A stretch of 62,964 nt of DNA, filler included, from Reticulomyxa filosa (taxonomy: Eukaryota; Protista; Foraminifera): NCBI GenBank assembly GCA_000512085.1. It is 17 parts of 17 records of this genome, joined end to end, with 100 filler letters (N's around TTAATTAATTAA, not from the genome) between each part and the next. Parts side by side here need not be neighbours in the genome. Positions count along the whole stretch, not along the records: positions 53,593 to 57,698 come from ASPP01005166.1; positions 57,799 to 60,736 come from ASPP01007837.1; positions 60,837 to 61,844 come from ASPP01018432.1; positions 61,945 to 62,964 come from ASPP01035318.1; 13 more parts are not named here. The stretch is one strand, 5' to 3'. This document shows positions 53,593 to 62,964 of this stretch, piece by piece (the stretch's first letter is position 1; each line of letters starts with the position of its first letter). Position numbers and translations under genes: made by a program. The notes beneath the pieces were generated by a model. That model was given only the letters and a program-made list of their open reading frames with translations, did not search any database and had not been told where the DNA came from.

Positions 53593-56500
53593 AAGCAAAT
53601 TATGAAAAGTTTTTTTTTATAAATTTGATTGTAAATGTTTATAATTGAAGAAACTATCCAGACAATATTGCCCAAAAAATATATATATGTATATATACAT
53701 ATATATTGTGGCAATGTTGTTTTTATTTTTGCCTTTGTATGCACTCCATATTGTGATAAGTCTTGCTTTGTTGATGATAACGATGATAGTGCAATCGAAT
53801 ATTCTTTGACATCAGTCAATGCAATCAGCAAATGAGATAAAGGATATAGTTGATTACAACTGTGATCACAAAATTACACCATTGTATCGACATTATTGCA
53901 AATATCCAATTACGACAATATCAACGAAACAGAGCCAACGAAAGTGTCAATCGATTGGAAGATATTATTTGTAGCCTTATTTATATTCACATTAAATACA
54001 ATAATTTAGTCATTGTTCAATTTGTTTAGTCGTCACTTTGTCTCGGCATTGTTTCAATGCATAATCTTCTTCTTCTTCTTCTTTCAAATGTATAATATTA
54101 ATACAATAAAATTCGCCAATTCAATTATTTCACGCCATCTCCCCGACGACAATGTAACCACTGTTCTTTTGCAATCCAATTGCAATATACCAAGGCTTTG
54201 ATATCATCCACCAAATCAACACGAAGGTCATACCAATTCTATATCGGAAATATCATCATGCATTTTTGGCGTGTCGACATCGTGAGTAACATATACATAA
54301 TTGCAAATACATTTAGTGATAGCGAAGGACATTTGATTAATTACCCACATGATGACTTGATTGATAGTAGTGTATATTAAGCTGGATGTCGTTGTGTGAT
54401 TATAAGCACATAACATTCATTGCCACTGCGCTTCGCTTCCATTAATATATCAATAACAATTCATAATTTTGATGACATATGTCAACACCTTTTATCTTGC
54501 GATTCATTAGCATTTGTTATTTCTTGACATAATTCATACGTTTGATCTAATATTTTTTCTTCTTTTTAATATACTTTCTTCATCACTCTTTTTCTTTCAC
54601 GCGAAACCTAAAGGGTTCATGTTCATAATGTTTTGATCAAGATATATCATAACAACATAAAATATGATAAAAGTAACGTAGAACTTGTATGATTGATACT
54701 ATTTACTCGAATATCCACTCTATTCAGCACCACTTGCATTTACACTCACCACAGCCTTCCTTCATTGGTTGTGTCTATTGCGCGTATAGATTTATAAACT
54801 TATCGCAAGACAATCCATTTTTGAATTGTGATTGCAATATATTAAGAGAAGACAGTATCACAATTACTATGCATTTTGTTAATGAATTAGATCCACATCG
54901 TATTTGTTATCCTTGATTGTGATTCTACGTTGTAAGATTGGTAATGTACTTATGGATTGTCAATTGATGAATTTGTGGAGCGATCCAAATTATTTGTTTT
55001 CTGGACATTGCTAAATGCAATTATGTTCAATCATTTTCCAGAAAACAATGCATTTACTTGACAATATAATAAATTGGAAGAAATGTTAATAATTATGTTG
55101 CCATGTACAATATTTGACTGTTCGCGGCAGCGCGATTTAGATTGGATGAAATTTGAGTAGCTGAGGAGCTCAGGTAGCTTATAAATAGTGCAAATACCAT
55201 CCGCTTTCAAATCTATCTACATATATTATACGTATACACATATACAGTAATGGCATACCAATTGAAGATATCAGAAGTAGAAAGAGATAACTACTTTTCC
55301 AAATTGAATTCAGTCAAGTTATCTTTTTCTACTTTTGATTGCAGTATTTGAGAATTTAGGATTTGGCCAAGTGGATCAATATTGCAACGCTGAATGATAG
55401 ATCGCTTTCGTATTCACAATTGCAGGATTGCTCATATATTGATATGATGAATGATCCTTGAGAACGAGAACATCACTATAACGACATATGTGGCACTTAT
55501 AGTTTGTATATTGCGAAAAGAATTGACTTTTCTTGGCTTGAATGAATGTTGCATTGTAATATATTCAACAATTTGTATTGATCGATTGGAGGTTATACTT
55601 CTGATATTATTTGACAATTCAACATCTTCATGTACCTTTCGAATTGGTACTATTTGCTGTTTATCATGGAGTGATTTTATAGTATTATCGCTTGCAAGTC
55701 AATGTTTGTATCTTTTGTGACTCCTCCATTCGGACAAGACAGCATTGTTTCTCTGCATTTTGCACATCCTATTCTTCTTCATCATTGCAATTCCTATGCC
55801 AACAGTGGACTTAGTGCATTCTAGTTGTTGTAAACACAAAAACAATAAACAACAATTAATGCAAATTGTCTAGAAAGAAAGACAAAGTAATTAATGTTTT
55901 TAACTTCAATTCCTTCGAAGGCATTCCATCTGTATCAATTGTATCTTGGGAACGTCTCCATGTGTCGTCATTAATCTGATCTTCTTCTGCTTTCTCATCT
56001 TTCTCTTTATTTTATTCCACACCCGAAGTAAATTACTATATAACAAAAAGGTTTATGTTCACATTGTTTTAATTAATATATATTTATTACAACAACTAGG
56101 CATATTTGTGCCATGAAATGACAACTATTGACTTGTTGTCACAGTTTGCGCCAACAATTGCAGCTGGTTGGACAATTGCTCCAAGTATACGTTGTCCTTT
56201 TATTTTCCAGTTATCAACGGCACTGCAACGTCGCAGTATCTATTTTGTTTGTTTGCTTATTCTTAAATAAAAAAAAATAAAGGACTAAACATTGCAACAT
56301 TGGACAATGCTTTCCAAATTGTGGAGAAACTTTGAGCGATATACTTGGGCGAGTTTGTCTTTGCGAAAATTTGTGCTTGGATATTGCAGGATTTGTGAAA
56401 AAATCTGCGGCAGCTGCAGATATGCTGGTAGTTGGATTTGTGCTTGTTGCTGCGCTGCACCAGAAACAATTGATCACAGCCAACGTCCACAATCGATACT

Positions 56501-57050
56501 CGCTCCTGTCTGCTGCACGTTCTTTTCAACAGTAGCGTATTTATCATTGCCTCGCTGTTGTGAATGTTCATTTGTATATTGTCAATTGTATAATCGAAAT
56601 GGATACGAACACACTAATTATCAATGTTTTGGAGTGCCAGTTCTTTTTGAACTGATTTGAATCGGCAAACAGAGTGCTTTGGAAAATACGTATAATATTT
56701 GTTGATTGTATCAACTCATTGTTAGAAATTTGCAATGATGATGTGCTTGTTATGTTATTGGATAATGGTAGAGATTGCTCAAACTCCCACTTTTCTAATT
56801 TCCACAAGTGGTTGAGCAACATGTCACATGGCATTGCCAGTATATTCATATTGTTGTACTGATTGAAGTGTTTTTGTGTGTTCGTCCAGCTGCAATTGCT
56901 TGTATTCCTCTCACTTGTGTGTAACGTCACAATGAATACATTCAATACATGCATCGCCACCAACACAAGCAACGCTTTCATGCTGCCGTTTAACTGACCA
57001 AAGAACTTATTCGAGATTTTCTCATCCATTTGTCCCCTCCATTTCTACTG
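53593..57050 (-). pseudogene. Long, heavily disrupted coding-like region
   Basis: Coding-like composition but only short, fragmented ORFs. No family recognised. Confidence 0.3.
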
Positions 57051-57892
57051 TGCACACCGAAACGGAAAGACATTCAATGAGCAATAAACCACTTTAAGAA
57101 AAATGTTATGGCAAACGAATGTATTTGTAAAACTTTAAATGGATTGCAAATGATTTATGCAAATATTAAGTTGATTGAAAAATGAATTTGTTTTGTGCAT
57201 TTCACTATAGTCCAAGGCTGAAACAGTTGGTTCTTTTCTAATTTAAAATTCTTTCACTTAAGAAGATAAATGCTTGTAGATCAAAAAAAGCACTATCTCC
57301 AATCAAAGAAAAAAATTAAATGGGAAAAGTGTATACATTACAAATTTCAACAATTTCAAAAAAAAAAAAAAAAACAAGAATAAAATATTCACTACAAAAA
57401 TTCTCACTTAGCATTTCCTCCATCTTTAACATAATCTATGTATGTGTTTGTATATTATGTATATCACAACTGTTTTACATTTTATTTCTTTTTTTTTTTT
57501 TTGATTGGGTGAAAAAATAGATTATCTGAAAAAAAGGATTGATTGCACTTTGACTTGTAGACAGTAAACAAGATGAAAAACACCTCCAAAAAAAAGATAC
57601 CTACACAACTCCAATCTCTTGTAAAAACGCTTGTGCCGTCCCACGCGTTTAGCATAATTTTCATTTGCTGTTATTTTTTGTGAAAACATACGTAGATCNN
57701 NNNNNNNNNNNNNNNNNNNNNNNNNNNNNNNNNNNNNNNNNNTTAATTAATTAANNNNNNNNNNNNNNNNNNNNNNNNNNNNNNNNNNNNNNNNNNNNAA
57801 AAAAAAAAAATATTAAAGTTGTGTACGTATGCAATTATATGTACATTCTCTACGTATATGTAAACGTGTATGAATATGCTACATCAACTGCA

Positions 57893-59310
57893 GACTCACT
57901 AGACATGAAAACTGACAATGCTCCAAGCACGCAAAATGGCAAATATTCACGTGCCAAAGGTAATGGCAACGCCGGGACGAAACACAAACAGACATTTGGT
58001 GTTGGCAAAGACAAGAATGACCCCAACAGGACTGGTTACGAATCGGACGAAATGCAATCCGATGAGGATATGGAACACGAAGAAGACGAAGAAGATGGAG
58101 AGACAGCAGAAAGACGAAAGAAACAAATCAAGATAAATGCACAAAAAGGATCAGTTCCCAAAAGTGGATCACAGACCCAAGCTCAAAGCCAGGCCATTAA
58201 TGGCAAGTCCGCCAATGGCAATGGCTCTGGCAATCACTCACACAAAAAAAATAAAATGTCGCAAAGCCGAACGATCACCTTTTCATTGGACTCCAAAGAG
58301 ATTGCGCCATTGCCCGCAGCAATGACTCCTAAACTTACACCCAAACGAAACGAGAGTGGCCACGATGTGGTGAACCGCGAGTTGCGAGAAGTGTCCGTGG
58401 CCTTGGACGCGGTAGTGGACAAGTTTGCTTTGCCCGACACAGAATTCACGCTCGACAACAACCACGACGAAACCCTGAAGAACGCACTCTTCCAAAATCG
58501 CACGCCTGTCAACGAGGCAACTCGCGCAAAAAAAAATTTCGGAAAGCGAAAGAAATTTGCCACTTCCAAGTTGGATGAAGAAAATGAGGTTTGACAATTT
58601 GGGCAAATTTTGTTTTTGTTTGTTTTTGTTCCAACGTTGATTGTACAAAGGGATCATTTACAAATAAATCAATCTGTCAATTCAACACAAACTACAGAAG
58701 TCAGATAATAGTGAAGACGAAATGCTATACGAACAACAAGAGATCGCTCCACAAGACTGGTTCAAAGGCAAATCAAGCAGTGAAATGAGATTGAAAAATA
58801 GATCACTACCGCGAGCTCCTCCCTCTGGAAAAGCTCTTCCACCGCTTCCGCCAATGTCAAAAAGTAACCTGGCGTTACAACCAACTCGTACAGTTACAGT
58901 ATACATATATATATAAAGTTTTTTTTTTTTTTTTTTTGTTGTATAATGTAAACTCAAACGTTCACTATTTCCCCCCCCCCCCCTTTGCAATCTCTAAAAA
59001 AAAAAATTCATATTTCTTGGATCTAAATTTGCTTGAATTGTTTTTCTCTCCTTTTTCATTACTTGCAAAGGTGCCTGCATTCAAGGCGTTTCGACTACAA
59101 CAAGGCCAACAAGAAGTATTTTCAAACCCCAATATTCTTCAAAAAATGATGGCAGAAATGGGCACAAAAGCATCGTTTTTTACCCAACAAAATATACTCA
59201 CTGTCCATTTACACGGGGACCCCACTGACAAAATTTGGAAACAGATTGAGGACACACTTTCCAAATATACTGGAAAATTGGTAACGATTGGTCAGTCTGA
59301 CGTCGTGTGA
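57893..59310 (+). CDS. Uncharacterised charged, low-complexity protein, 3' exons
   Basis: ORFs 57821-58594, 58722-58916 and 58936-59310 are separated by GT..AG introns. Confidence 0.55.
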
Positions 59311-59835
59311 TATGTTTCGGGCTTTGGATTGTAGAATGTAGGATATATGCAAAAGCGAATGTATTGATATACCTTGCAAACCTTGGAATTTTAATTTTTT
59401 TTTTTTTTTTTTTTGATATTGATGTATCTTGGATGTTGATAGCTTGGCGATTTCATTTGTATGTTGGCTAGTGATGTTACTTTCATTAATAGTTCAACTT
59501 AATATTTCCTAAACCATTATATACGAAATTGTGTAAATAAAAGCTATCTTCAATCGCATGATCACACCCGACGCGCAACTTTTTCGTACGACAAACTTCT
59601 TAGATTAAGATGCTATCCCAGTCAAAAAAATTGCATTTTTAAAGCTTACTCAAATTTTAGAATTAAAAAATGACCAAACTTGTCATACCGAAGACATTTT
59701 TCTCTACAATTGATGAATGTCTGTTCCAAAAATGGAAACTAGAAAAAAAGTTTCCCCCAGCGTTGTTTGGTGATTTGGGAAAAAATTATTGTGCGATTAT
59801 CTAAAATTCTGTAGTCTTTTTAATCTTTCGTTAAA

Positions 59836-60680
59836 ATGCCTCGACGTAATACACAGGCGAAAATTCAAGTTGGCAACAAACGCATGATTTTTGGCAAACA
59901 CATCACTCCGATGGATGACAGGTCAGCGAAAACAAGCAACACGAAACAATGCAAAAAAAAAAAAAAAAAAGGTGATGAATAGGGAATGGGGGACAATGGA
60001 ACACTTAACAGTACTGACCTTTACTCGAAGAGAGACTTTGCCAGTTTGCGGCGTAAATTAGAAACAGATGGGTACATATTTGTTCGAGGTGTAATTGACA
60101 AAGAAGCGGCATCGAACGCCAGGAGGGTGATGTTGACACAAGCAGCAAAAGAGGGTTCTGTGGAATGGGACGACGAAAACGACGTGATGAAAGGCAGAAT
60201 TGTGAAACACAGAGGCCAATGGAGCAGTGGCTATTGTATCGACGGGATAACCGGAAGTGAAACCAACGAAAGAGATGGGATCGACGTGGAAAAGTGGGAA
60301 GAAATAGGTCCGTCAAGGACGTGCAAGGCAGTGTATAACGGAGCTGATTTGAGATCATTTTGGGAACACTTGTTTGGCCATGCGTGCACTAGGCCATTGG
60401 TCAAACAAACGTTTCTGCGATTAATGGGCGAGTCAGGAACAATGGAACATGCAGTTTTGGCTTATTCAGCAAATTTCAACCCAATCAAAATTTATACATA
60501 ATGTTTAGATACAAAAATTTGGAAGCTGTGTTTGTTTGCTTGTTTTTTTTTGTTTTTTTTTAGGATTATTACTATTTCAAACGTGACACGCACATATTCA
60601 GTGGAAATGATGGACAAATGGCAATGAAAGCATCACAAGAATACTTAACTCAACATCGAATGTGGGATCCAACACTATAT
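59836..60680 (+). CDS. Phytanoyl-CoA dioxygenase (PhyH)-like Fe/2OG enzyme, 3'-partial; introns ~59922-60011 and ~60454-60563
   Basis: DSTDL..LRRKLETDGYIFVRGVID..ARR. Splicing creates the HxD motif EHA|DYY. Confidence 0.75.
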
Positions 60681-60836
60681 GTCAGTAGCTAAAAAAAAAA
60701 AAAAAAAAAAAAAATATAAATAAAAAAAAAAAAAAANNNNNNNNNNNNNNNNNNNNNNNNNNNNNNNNNNNNNNNNNNNNTTAATTAATTAANNNNNNNN
60801 NNNNNNNNNNNNNNNNNNNNNNNNNNNNNNNNNNNN

Positions 60837-60908
60837 CAAGCCGCGTCATTTGCAGCCTTCGGCTGCAGCGACGCTCACAAGTTCGCGCGCATGCGCGGGT
60901 AGTTATGT
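60837..60908 (+). other. attC site 1 (5' end truncated)
   Basis: CCGCG(T)CAT pairs with ATGCGCGG. R' GTTATGT at 60902-60908. Internal TGCAGCC-TTC-GGCTGCA hairpin. Confidence 0.8.
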
Positions 60909-60920
60909 GTTCGGGAAATT

Positions 60921-61149
60921 ATGACTCCAAGTAATCAGATAGTTTTTAAATCGCTGATAGGCTATGGCTTATTTTTCCTTGTTATTTGGCTTTTTTTAGT
61001 TGGCGTCCTTGTGTTTACTGGAGAGGCAAATCCGTCATTCAAAGGCTAAGCATTTCATTTTTCGCACTACAAATACCTACATTGGTACTGGTAATTAAAA
61101 CCAAAGTAATGCTCAATAAAAACCGAATAAAAATGAGATATACACATAA
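60921..61149 (+). CDS. Cassette 1: small membrane protein; 42 aa as read (stop 61047-61049), probably ~75 aa if frameshifts are corrected
   Basis: MTPSNQIVFKSLIGYGLFFLVIWLFLVGVLVF, a second hydrophobic stretch in a shifted frame, and a TAA inside R'' at 61147-61149. Confidence 0.55.
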
Positions 61150-61221
61150 CAAACGCCAGCACACCGCGCTTGCGGCGTTGGACTCGCAACAAGTTGCTCG
61201 CCTGTGTGGCGGGCGTTAGGC
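61144..61221 (+). other. attC site 2 (78 bp)
   Basis: R'' ACATAAC; L'' GCCA(G)CAC and L' GTGTGGC with an extrahelical G; R' GTTAGGC. Confidence 0.92.
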
Positions 61222-61225
61222 ACCA

Positions 61226-61624
61226 ATGAAACCAGCATTCATAATCTTTATATCAGGATTTATTCCGATTTCGCTGTTAGTACTGGGAAGCTACCTAGTG
61301 AATCCCAAAGGGGATGCACATTTAGGTTCAATGGTTTTTTTCATTGAAGCTATTTTTTATCTGATATGCCACATCATAGGGTTTTTATTGTTTTTTATGC
61401 GTCGAGGATGGATCGAAGATAATTCACGGTTAGAGTTTCGATCGATTGGTTTTACTGCGTTTGTTATATTTTTTTCAAATGCATTTACTTTCTATCTGAT
61501 AACCTCAATTTTCACTGGCTTGGCAATTAATTTAGATAAATTGATTGGGTTAATATCACCTTCGCTGGTTGGTCTTTTTGTCGCAGGTACGTGCCTTTAT
61601 GTATACCGCAACAAACGGGCCTAA
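61226..61624 (+). CDS. Cassette 2: 132-aa hypothetical four-TM membrane protein
   Basis: Intact ORF starting 4 nt after R'. Its stop TAA lies inside R'' GCCTAAC. Four hydrophobic segments. Confidence 0.85.
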   Translation: MKPAFIIFISGFIPISLLVLGSYLVNPKGDAHLGSMVFFIEAIFYLICHIIGFLLFFMRRGWIEDNSRLEFRSIGFTAFVIFFSNAFTFYLITSIFTGLAINLDKLIGLISPSLVGLFVAGTCLYVYRNKRA

Positions 61625-61711
61625 CAAGCAAATGTTAGTCGCCCATGCTGCGCACGGGCTGCGACGGCAAAACGCATGCGCGTTTTCCCGCGCTAAATTT
61701 GGTAGTTAGAT
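61619..61711 (+). other. attC site 3 (93 bp)
   Basis: R'' GCCTAAC; L'' CAAAT(G)TTAG and L' CTAAATTTG; R' GTTAGAT. Confidence 0.92.
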
Positions 61712-61751
61712 TTTTCGTCTTTTGTATTTCTCTGCTTTAAGGAGTGATTTT

Positions 61752-61844
61752 TTGAAAAAACATAAACATTTTTGTTTGTTTTCCTTTTCTCTGGCTGTGC
61801 GACAAGTCAAATGATGTCTGTCGATGTCGCAATATCTGAGATGT
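61752..61844 (+). CDS. Cassette 3: probable lipoprotein N-terminus (needs +1 T in the run at 61769-61773), 3'-partial
   Basis: AAGGAG Shine-Dalgarno at 61739-61744 and a TTG start. The corrected reading is MKKHKHFLFVFLFSG-CATSQ, which contains a lipobox. Confidence 0.6.
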
Positions 61845-61944
61845 NNNNNNNNNNNNNNNNNNNNNNNNNNNNNNNNNNNNNNNNNNNNTTAATTAATTAA
61901 NNNNNNNNNNNNNNNNNNNNNNNNNNNNNNNNNNNNNNNNNNNN

Positions 61945-62363
61945 AGATTAAAATTATGTAATAAAGTACCTAAAAATGGTTTAAGTATATTGTGGCGCAG
62001 TAATGACAGATGATGAAAAAGAAAAAAAGATGTCAATGCAATTTGAGCCATTTAAACCTATAAATGCATCACTATATTTATGTGATAATAAATTTGATGT
62101 AGAAACATTAAATGAATTATTAAAAAGTGATGTTACATTTGGTTTTATAATAATGGATGAGCAGTAACAAATTCTAAAGGTTTTGGCGGAATTTGAGGTA
62201 TTTTTTAATACATAATACATTTATACATTTTTATACACTTTCATTTATTTACATTATCATGTCTTTCTTTCACATCAAAGGTTTCTTGAGATATGCTGTC
62301 AACTTTGCTGAACTCGAAGACGCCATTGATGGCGACAATGAGGAAGACGAGGCCTGGATTTGA
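61945..62363 (+). pseudogene. eRF1 pseudogene with a large internal deletion
   Basis: [52 protein letters not shown] is followed directly by KGFGGI, an intron, then FLRYAVNF..AWI*. Confidence 0.88.
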
Positions 62364-62756
62364 TGCATTCGTGCGCTTGGAAGGGAAAACGTCAAGTGAG
62401 CAGTAGAGCACCGCGGGCTTAATGCCTTAATTTTTTAAACAAAAAAAAAAACGAAGAAAAACTAAAACCATATTTTGGTATGCGTATTTGGCGGCTTTTT
62501 CGCCTTGTTTTTTTTTTTGCGCATGGGACAGTACCGAGGGGGGAAACGTTTTTAAAAAAAAAAATTGATTTTATTTGACGATCTTTGAGCTCTGGATTTT
62601 TTGAAAGCCGACACAATTTGTGATGTCAAAGATATTATTAAAAAAAACTTTTTTGCTTGAAAAAAATTCGTAAACTTTTAAACTTTTTTGGCCTGTGTCA
62701 AAGTTTGGCCTAACGAAAAAAATGTTGATATATTTCTACGTCAGAAACGTGGCTAA

Positions 62757-62808
62757 TGCACAAAAATTTGTCTAGTGCACAAAAGTTTGACTAGTGCACA
62801 AAAATTTC
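62757..62808. repeat. Three copies of an ~18-nt tandem repeat (CTAGTGCACAAAA-TTTG)
   Basis: Directly visible in the sequence. Confidence 0.6.
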
Positions 62809-62964
62809 TTCTAAATCATCAAAAAAAAAGTTTCGCTCCCATTTTTCAAGTTATACATTCGTCAAAAAATGAACAATTTTTTTTTTTTTGACGTATCCTC
62901 AATTCTGGTCCCATGTGAAGAAAAAAAAAGATTTTTGTCAATTTTCCAAAAATTGCTTATGGCT

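Larger units (their letters stand above)
60837..61844 (+). mobile_element. Bacterial integron gene-cassette array (3 attC sites; no integrase on the contig)
   Basis: Short, intronless, same-strand ORFs alternate with GC-rich palindromic RYYYAAC...GTTRRRY elements. Confidence 0.9.

Noticed and set aside
39732-57050. Stop-codon reassignment suggested by in-frame stops in fragmented regions
   Set aside because: Intact conserved genes have no internal stops and use TAA, TAG and TGA as terminators. The broken regions also contain frameshifts.
60837-61711. CRISPR array or rho-independent terminators as an explanation for the palindromes
   Set aside because: The repeats are not identical, the intervening segments are gene-sized, there are no U-tracts, and attC box structure is present.

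Overview
This window is not one locus. It is 17 short contigs joined by 16 artificial 100-nt linkers (44 N + TTAATTAATTAA + 44 N). Sixteen contigs are AT-rich, intron-containing eukaryotic DNA. Their expanded WD40 and Kelch families, TA-microsatellite introns and many pseudogenes resemble the foraminiferan Reticulomyxa filosa or a related rhizarian (inference, not checked). Recognisable genes: POLD2, a CYTH/thiamine triphosphatase, four WD40 paralogs, an Arf1-type GTPase, a MIEAP-like protein, an adenylate-kinase-like protein, a SERCA C-terminus, a Kelch protein, cytochrome b561, MsrB and a PhyH-type dioxygenase. Decayed copies of a Tc1 transposase, Der/EngA, BiP and eRF1 are also present. One 1-kb contig (60837-61844) looks bacterial: an integron gene-cassette array with three attC sites carrying unrecognised membrane and lipoprotein ORFs. 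Other notable items are a ~1.07-kb imperfect foldback (37817-38890) with G.U-compatible mismatches on one strand, and a ~30-aa motif found at the N-terminus of the WD40 proteins and the C-terminus of the Kelch protein.
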